IMG/VR virus record: IMGVR_UViG_3300032232_001064
Span: 1-64,000 of that record
DNA: 64,000 nt
Reading direction: 5' to 3' (one strand)
Origin: a virus
Taxonomy: Duplodnaviria; Caudoviricetes
The stretch's first letter is position 1, and every line of letters starts with the position of its first letter. The notes below the pieces were generated by a model. It saw only the letters and a program-made list of their open reading frames with translations, made no database searches and was not told the DNA's origin. Position numbers and translations under genes: made by a program. Shown here one piece after another: positions 54,401 to 63,400 of the stretch.

Positions 54401-57400
54401 ACGTGCGTACCGAGCTTTGTTGTCATTTCAGGCGTGTTGACTGGGGCGCCTGACGGAGGAGCGAAAGCTGGTTTTGGCTTCTCTTCAGCTTTTTTTATTG
54501 ATTCGATTTGGTCGTTATAGCCCCAAAATTCTGTTCCATCGCTATTGCGGATTACAAAACCCGGTTCGCCATTTTTGACATCATCTTGGATCTCGACAAC
54601 GGTGCCTGTTCTTAGATCACCACCTGTGGCACGATATGTGAGAGTGTCGCCGACGCTAAATCCGTACTTGCCGTCGTTTGGCGACGGCTTTAGCGGTCCA
54701 GGCTCGGCATCAGTCGCTGGTACTTGCTGAATTCCATTGCTTGGCGCCGGCTTGCGTTCCTCTTCGCCGCCGGCCCAAGCCTCTTCCTTTTTCTGCTCTT
54801 CGACATTCTCACGTAGAGCTTCTGTTGTACCGGCTTCAGGCTCTCCAGCCTCTCCTCCGCCTCCACTATCAGGCGCGGGGCCGGGTTCAACAACACCGAC
54901 GGGACCCTCGCCGTCATCACGGCCATTCATTTCTTCGAGCAGTCGTAGTTGCTCTTCGAGGTTCTTAGGCTTCTTACTTTCGGGAACCTTGCCAGTGTCC
55001 AGCCACGGAGAATTGTCGTCGCCTTCCTTGATCACAGTCAAGGTCTTTGTGTTCTTTGAAGTGGTGTTGGCCTTCGGGCCCCACTTACCTTTCTTGACCT
55101 TGTCCGGATCACGAGGATCGACGTCTTGAATGATGTAGACGTTGATGTAGTCTGCTTCATTGTAGCGAATAACGGTTCCAGCAAATCCCCACTTGTCTCG
55201 GACACGCATGCCGGGAGTGATGAAGATTCCTTCCTTGCTATAGCCGAGGCCGCTGCCGTCAGGAGGAAGACCCTTTCCGATCGGACGGTCAGCGAAGAGA
55301 CGATGCAAGTTAGTGATGCTCGCACGAGTGAATATAGTGTTTGGTCCCTTTTCAGGCAACCCGTCGAGCTTGGCGCTGAGATCTTGAAGCTCGCTTGCGG
55401 CCTCTTCGAACGTGATGTCGCCCTTTGTATAGCGATCAGCGATGTCAAGTGCTTCGTTAAGAAGGTCCTTGAACTGCTTCGTTTGGCTTGGCATTCCCTT
55501 TAGAGCATCGAGTGTGTCATTGAGATCTGCAACGATCTCTGACATTTGCTCGTCGAATTCGGGAGTGTTGACAGGCGGCAGACTACCAGTCGGCTCTACA
55601 CCGTCCGGCGTCTCAGGGGTACCGGTTTCGCCGGCAGAAACTTCCTCATGAGGAACTTCAGGTGTGGCGGCATTTCGCTCTTCTGTAGACTGCAGCTCTG
55701 CGTTGAGCTTCGCGTCGACAGCCTCAGCGACTTTTTCGTTGTAGAACGCCTGTGCCTCTTCGAGAGTCTTCTTGTTTCCAACATTGACGTTGTCAACTGT
55801 GACGTCCCAATTGCCGTAGTAGTCTTCGCGCAGGTAGCTTGATTCGTTGCCCTTAGCGTCCCACTCACCGTCACCATTGTCAACAAGTTCGTACTTGTCG
55901 AGCTCAGCTTTACGAACAGCTGGGTCAATGGCGGCAGGCGCCTCAGGAGCTTGCGGAGTCTCTACAACTTCAGGCGCATTAGGCGCTTCAGATACCTCAG
56001 GTACCTCAGGCGCTTCAGGTGCCTGCGGAGTTTCTGGAACCTCCGGCGCGTTAGGTGCCTCGGGTGCGCCAGGTGGCGGAAGGTCAACGGCGGGACCTGT
56101 CGGCGGAGCCATGAAATCAACGGGCTCGCCTGTCGGCGGCGCGAATCCTTCAGGCACGTTCTTGCCCGGAACATTCGGCAACTCGTCGTCATTCGATGTG
56201 TAGCCATAGACCCAGTCCAGCGCACCAGGATCGAGACGCTTCTTAGCGCGAGTTACAGCGACATACGCGAGACGCATTTCTTCGGGAGACGGCATGATCG
56301 TCTCGCCAGTGTTCTTGTCAATGCGCGGGCCCCAGAAGTCGTCATAGATCTTGACATTGTCCCATTCAAGACCCTTTGAGCGGTGTGCTGTCGTGACAAC
56401 AACATCGATGCCTTCATCTCCACCTGAAAGCGATTTCTTCAGCTTGTTGACTGCATCCGCTCGGCCTTCAGGGGACGAAACGCTGCGAACCCAGGTCTTG
56501 TTGTCCTTATTCCAAGCAAATCCAGCAGCTTTGATCTGATCTTTTACGTCAAACGTGGCGCCACCAAGAGCGATGGTGTCGCCAGTTACAGAGTAGTTCA
56601 ACGGGCCCTTTGGCGTATCAACGACAAGGCCACTCATGCCGCTGCTCATGTCTACAGCATCGACAAGATCGACTGGCTTTGCTTTACCGTCTTCACCGCC
56701 CTTATGGACTTTGACCCGGCTAAGCATGTCGTTTAGACCGTCGATACCAATCTCGTCGATCAGGTCTACGAACAGTTTGAGGCGGCGATTTTCGCCGTCT
56801 TTCGCATCCTTGAGAACCTCATCCCAGGAACGGTACTGCGCCAATTCATCGCTTATATTCTTTGGCTTTTCAGCAGGGAAGGCACCGTCCATCAGCCAAC
56901 GAGCTGTGTCGCTGAAGTCCTCAAGGCTGTTCTTGTAGTTAGCAGAAACGCCAACCGTACGACCAAGTTCGAGTTGATCAAAGATCGCCTTTATGGCACC
57001 GGCGTTTGAACGCACGAGCACGGCATCTGCGTTGTCCATCGATCCACGGTCAACTATTTCGCCATCAGGCCCAGCACCCTCGATGCGGTACTTTGAACCT
57101 AGAAGCGACAAGAACCTGTTGCCGATTCCAGCGACTTGAGGACCAAATCTCCAAGACTTCGTCAGTGGTAGATCGTGAGTTGCCTCGACCTTTTGAAGTT
57201 CGTCTTCCGCTCCACGGAATGCGTAAATCGCTTGATTGCCGTCGCCGACATACACCTTTTGGATGCTCTGGTCGGCGATAACCTTACCGATGACGGGGTT
57301 GATGTCTTGTGCTTCGTCGAAGAAGATTGTATTGGCAGGAGTCTTAAGCCCGGCGCCCTGCTTTGACAGATCGGGACGAGAAAGAGCCCACATCTTAGTG

Positions 57401-60400
57401 ACGTGCGTGTTTGTGACTGGTAGCCAACCTTTGGGATCGTTTAGGTCGTCCCACATCATGTTTGCCCAGTCGACGAGCTCCTGTGGCGGATCGACTAGAT
57501 CGAAGTGGCGCGGACTAATTTCATCATCGGCACTGATTCCAAAGTTGTTGATCCCTTTCTTTACGAGAGCGACGGTCTCGCGAGGGGTCAGTGTCTGCTC
57601 TTCGTCAGTGCCACGATTTATCGTGATACTTGTGATACCAAAGCGCTTTGCAACTTCAGACGGAAAGACATTTGACTTATTATTTTTACGCTTGTCAGTG
57701 ATATCTTTGCCGACAGCAGCCCAAGCAATTGAGTCAGCGGTACGCGCTTCAACGTTGTCTGGGAACTTTCCAGCAGCTTCTTCTTGGATTCCCTTGTTGA
57801 ATGCTACGTAGATGATTCGATCTTTTGGCTTTTCCTTCTTGAATCGACGCGCAATAAGCTGAAGCGTGCTTGTCTTTCCAGTTCCAGCAAGTGCACGAAC
57901 AACCGTGTCTTCGCCTGTCATCACAGCATCGATGATCTCGCGCTGCTGTTCTGTCGGCGGGAACTTTTCATCAGCGTACGGATCGCGTACATCAACGCCG
58001 TCACCGCTATGGTGGTCAATGTTTTGCGATCCAGCAAGGCTAGACGGCAAGCCGTCAGGGTCCACGCCGTCGTCCGGCTGCGGCGTCGCAGCTTTGATGA
58101 GATCGTCGGGGTCAGGCGTCGAGCACGGGCCGTTTGATCCGATGGAGGCGGTTAGTCCGGCAGTGCCGCAGTTCCAAGCGGCGGCGACAGCCTTGTCCAT
58201 CTCGTACTGAGCAAGATCGTCTTTGTACTGCTCAAGTGCTGCGTCATACTCGGCCTTATCGAGCTTTCTTGCTTCGAATCTGCCGTCAGCGTCCAGTAGA
58301 TCTGTAGGCGTGTCCGGCTTATCAATAGCACGTGTAAGCATCGCGTCGATGATGTTCCAAGACGCTTCGGCATCGACATCAGCACTGTGCCAGCCAGAGA
58401 TGCCGACATTTAGGTAGTCAGCAACCGGGCCAAGAGACTTACTTGCGCGGATCTGACCAGAAGATGTCTCAATGAAAGGCCCGTCTGGATTGGCCTTTGT
58501 CCACTTTGGAAGCGTAGAACCTGCCATGTCCATCGAGTCGATGGTGCCGGCGATGTTCATCTCTAGACCCTGCTCACTCAGCGTTCGCTGAAGAACCTCA
58601 AGATCAAATGGCACGTTTTGGCCACCGAGAATTGGGCTTTCGCCTGCGAACTCAATGAACTGCCTGTGAGCTTCGGCCATGCTCATTTGCTGTGCCAAGA
58701 ACTCGTCTGTAACAGGCTGTCCATCACCTTGGAAAAGGTTGTCTCTTGACCAACCAGAAAGGCGGAACTCAGGATTCATGTAGACGTTGAATCGCTCGAC
58801 AACCTTTCCGTCGCGGACGCGAACAGCGCCAAGTTGCACAGGTCGATTCAGCTCGTCCGGAGTGTCTGCTGTGCGGATTCCTGTAGTCTCATAATCAAAG
58901 AAAACCATTTCTGTGCCACGAATGACATCAGCTGCTTCTTGCCAGTTGTCGACACCTGTCAGCATTTCTTCCATCTGACCAGTGAAGCCACCTTGCTTTG
59001 GCTTCTTTGGCGCAGACGGACGGTGAAGTGCAGGCTTATCGCCCTTTGGCGGCAAAGTGCTGCCACGAGCAGCGTCGATTGTTGTCGACTCGTTCCACTC
59101 TTTGCGTTGTGATTCGTGCCCGGGGTAATAGCCCTGAACGCTTACCTTGCCCTTAGGAGTGGACTCGTCGCGGAAGACTTTTTCAATGACGAAAGAATCT
59201 CCGGCTGTGATGTCTCCAGGCTGAAGGTCCTGCGCCTCAAAGCCCATGGACTCCGTGAGCGGTACGGGTTCGGGGAAGAGGTTCGGATCTTCATTTCCTT
59301 CAGGAAGGTTGAACCGATCGATGATGTCTTGACGGCGAGACTTCAACTTATCTTTGATCAGCGCCGCTTGCTCTGGATCGCTGATCATCTGATCAACCAT
59401 CTCGTCAATGCGAGACGGTGCGATGTCTCTGACCTTCATCGCACCGATGCGAAGCTGCTCGTCTGTCGCGCCTTCGAACACCCGGGCCGCTTGCGGATAC
59501 GTATCAGGATCACGCATGATGTCGAGGTGGTTCGCGTTACGAGCGAAGAGCCCACCCTTAGGCTTTCCTGTTGCCGACCAAATAAGAGTGCCGCCCTGGT
59601 CAACGCGAACGGGCTCTCCATTCTTGTCGAGAACGATGTTTGTTGAACCATCGGCAACATAGCCAATAACGTCGTAGTTTCCTAGCCACGCGTCAACAAC
59701 AAAGTCCTCGCGAACTGCATCAAGAATCTTCGAATCATTGACGTCCATCGCGTCGATAAAGCCGCTAGTGTCAGCATTTGGAACTAGAGGAGAGACGATT
59801 CTAAGTTCGCCGTTCTTGTCTCCTAGTCCGGTGCCTGCAACGTTGACGCCGAGTTCTTCATAGAATGACGCGGCAAGCGCCTCTACCTCAGCGTGCGATT
59901 GCGACCTAGGAACCTTTACATAGTACTCATTGCCTTGCGGATCCCTAAAGAACCCACCTTGGTTGCTACCAGTTCCAGCTGCAAACTGTTTCCAGTTTTC
60001 CATCCCAGTGTACGCAATTTTGCTGGGAGCTTTTTGTTCTTGAGCACTCGGCGCGTTAGGAGTTTCTTCTGGAACAGCAGTTTCTACAACCTCTTGTGCA
60101 GAAGGCTGTTTCGGCGTGCGGCGAACTTGCACGACGTATTCATCGCCGGTTTTCCCATAGGCTAGAGGTTGCTTGCGCACAGAAACTACTTCAAGATCGC
60201 CATATCCGAAGTGCTCATTTTCAGGGAACCACGAGAATTTTTTAGCCTCGATCGAATCAAGTTCTCCAGGTAGCGCTTCAAAAACTACACGAGAGCCTGG
60301 ACGACCAGCGTGGATCATCTGCGAATCCCATGATCCATCTGTAAGATCGCGGTCTCCCCAGGACCTAGGCTCAAACCCGAACCTTGAACCTTCAGTCGTA

Positions 60401-63400
60401 TATAGATCAAGAAGATCTGAATCATTGTTATCTACATAGACAACGCGATACAGAGGTACTTCATTTGGCTTTGCTGCAGCCTTCGTCAAACGGAAGAAGT
60501 GGCCGACGGTATCGCCGCGTTCGAACGGAAGGTAGCCATTAAGAATGTCATTACGCTCTCGATTGAAGTGGTCGAAGCCACCGTAGTCTGCGCCTATTTG
60601 ATCGTAAAGTTGCTTTGCTTCGTTGACAAGATTCTCGTCAACATTAGTATCGTCGCCGCCAATATGCCTAAAGATCGCATTGAAAATTTGATCAGTACTC
60701 TCTTCAGAGCCGGGTCTTGGCCACGGCGTCTTGAGGTGCTCTTCAATGCCTGAATCGCCGCCGTCGAGAGAAAGCAACATTCCCCAGAAGCCAGCGAATG
60801 CCGCATTCTCTTCTGAATTTTTACTTAGAGCGTACGGTAGAAGTTTTTCAAGAGTATTCTCAAGATCTCTTCCAATATTCCAACTCGTAGGCTCTTTAGT
60901 TAGGTCTTGCAGATCTTGTAGAACCTTGCCTATTTCGGCGTATTTGTCGTTTGTCTCGACAAAATCCATGATTTCATGAGTCACGCGATCGACGTTCGCG
61001 GCAAATGGCGTCATCTTTGGCTGCTGACGAATCTCCGGCTCGCGAAGTCGCTCCAGCGTTTCGTTCGTTACCGGAATTTCATTGCGGAACGGGTTTGACT
61101 CAGGCTTATCAAGCATGCCGGTGACTTCGGCATTGATCCGCTCAACGTTGGTCATTTCGCGGTTTGGATCGAGCTTTGAGTCATATATTGCCGCGACAAT
61201 CAAGTCACCGTCATGGCCTTGGTTGTTGATCGCCTCGAACAGGGCCTCGGCTTTTACAGATTCTGGACCATCTCTGAACTCAAGTGTTCCTGATCCTGAA
61301 GCCGGTTCTCCGTTACTTGAAGGAAGAATAGCCTCTTTAAGAGCCTGGGCCAGTTCGTCGACTTCAAACATAGAGGAAAGTACGACGGGGTCGTCTGTAA
61401 AGTCTGCACTCTTCTCGTTTGTGCGTCCCTGCGGTTGGTACTCTCTAAAGATATCTACCTTGTACGCGCCAGGAGGCGTGTCCATGATGCTGTCAAATGC
61501 AGCGTCAAACGCTGATTTATCCATGGTGTCGTCCACTGACGCATCGTTTACCTCTACAGGTAGCGCGTCAATCTTGTCAACGATAAATGTACGATCTTCT
61601 CCGTCACCATGGCTAAATCCAACAACATTAGTAGTTCCAGTGTTTGGATTGGTGTAGATGCGTTCCGGAGTGAACACACGTTCTTTTCCGTTATAGTCAA
61701 ACCGAATTGGTGACTTGCTTCCTATAGCATCTTCAATTTGCGAACGAAGATTGCCGACTGTTTCGCCGATAAGAGGCGATGCGTCTTCCGGGATTTCTGG
61801 AGCGGTCTTCTTTTCGACCATCTTTTCGACAGTAAACGTTCGCTTTTCGCCGCTATCATCAATGCCGATGACATTGGTGTTTCCGGTCTGATTGTTGACC
61901 CACGAGCCAGTCGGCGTGAATGTGCGCTCTTTACCGTTGTAGTCGAATCGAACCTGAGTGCCGTCGGCGATTGCTTGTTCGATCTGCGCGATCTTGTCCT
62001 GTGGCGACTTCCCGGTAATATCTCTTGGGCTACCTGTCGGCAGCGCAGCAGCAGCAGGTTCAGCGGCCTCCGGAGCGTTTACTTCTGGAGCGACCTGTTC
62101 GGGAGCGCCGGCTTCAGCCTGCTTTAGAATATCGTCAATCGTGTCCGCGACCGCAGGGTGCAGCTCACCGCGATCGCGCATGGCGAGAATCTCATCGGCT
62201 GTGAAGTATCCAGCGTCAGTTGTTTCATAGCCGTCGATCTTGTACTTGTCTTTGTCCTCAGGCTTGATATCAGCGATGACAGTGCTGTATCCCCAACCGG
62301 GCTCGACTTGGTTTACATGCACACCCTTTACTTCAGGTGTGTAGTCGAGGTTCATGTTCAGCTCTTCGCTGAGTTCCTCGAGTGCAGTTCCTACGGGATC
62401 ATTCGCAGAGTCGCGGTCCTTGTACGCGCCGCCTGGGAAGCCCCACTTGCCGCCGCCACCGGACACCCACGTCGCACGCTTGCCAAGCATGTAGCGGGGG
62501 ACACCGTCTTCGCCTACGGTGCGAGGAAGAATGCCGGCGCCACCGTACTTACCCCAGTAGCGCTTTCCGTTTTCAGCGAAGTAGTAACCTTCGCCGTTTT
62601 CGTCTGACTTTGTGTCGCCTTCAAGTGGAATGAACAGCGGCAATACGGGAGGCGTCAAACTTCCATCACGAATTTGATCGGCTGTGCCCCATGAGTAGCC
62701 GTAGCCAACCGCGATCCCGTCCTTGTCGGCGCGGATCGTTCCACCGTTCCAAGAGATCGGCTTAGCCGGCTCGGGCTCGGGTGTCGGCGCGGTCTCTGCA
62801 GGCTTTTCGAGCTCTGGAATATCAGCAGCAGGGGCATCACGCAGTGACGGATCAAGACCGGCGCTTTCCACCTGATCTTGCGTCAGAGGATCGCCGCTCG
62901 GGTCGGTGTACTCGCCCTTTGTAGCGTCCCAGCGCACTTCATCGCGATCAATTTTTGCAGCGCTCGGCGCTTCGGCAGCCGGAGGTAGCGTGGGCGGAGG
63001 AAGCGGTTGCTTTTGCTCGCCGGGCGTGGGCGGAGGAAGTACCTGACGCTCGGCTACGCTAGGCGGAGGAAGTTGTTCTTTCTTCTGATCTTTGCCTTCG
63101 GGCGGGTAGATCTTCGTTTCAGGAAGAACGTCTACTTCTTTTGCGTTACGGACAGCTTCAATGTCTGCAACTAGATTTTCGTGCCCTGTACGATCCTCAG
63201 GCTTTGCGCGTGTACCATCGAGGACGCGACCGATGAGATCGCTCCACGTCTGTGCTCTTGAAAGCATGAATTCACGGAACTTAGACCCAAGCGGCGCATC
63301 GTCAGCGGCGTCAAGGGCGTCATCAGCCTTGTCCATGGCTCCTGAAACCATTGACGGTTCGTAGTCCGGCAGATCAACGCCAGCAAAGTCCTGCATCACA

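Noticed and set aside
56230-57965. Intein within the helicase or other large ORFs
   Set aside because: No Cys/Ser-start or His-Asn end splice motifs or LAGLIDADG motifs seen; the helicase insert looks HARP-like.
59310-59990. HipAB toxin-antitoxin module
   Set aside because: The kinase is an internal domain of a giant protein and no HipB-like gene is adjacent.
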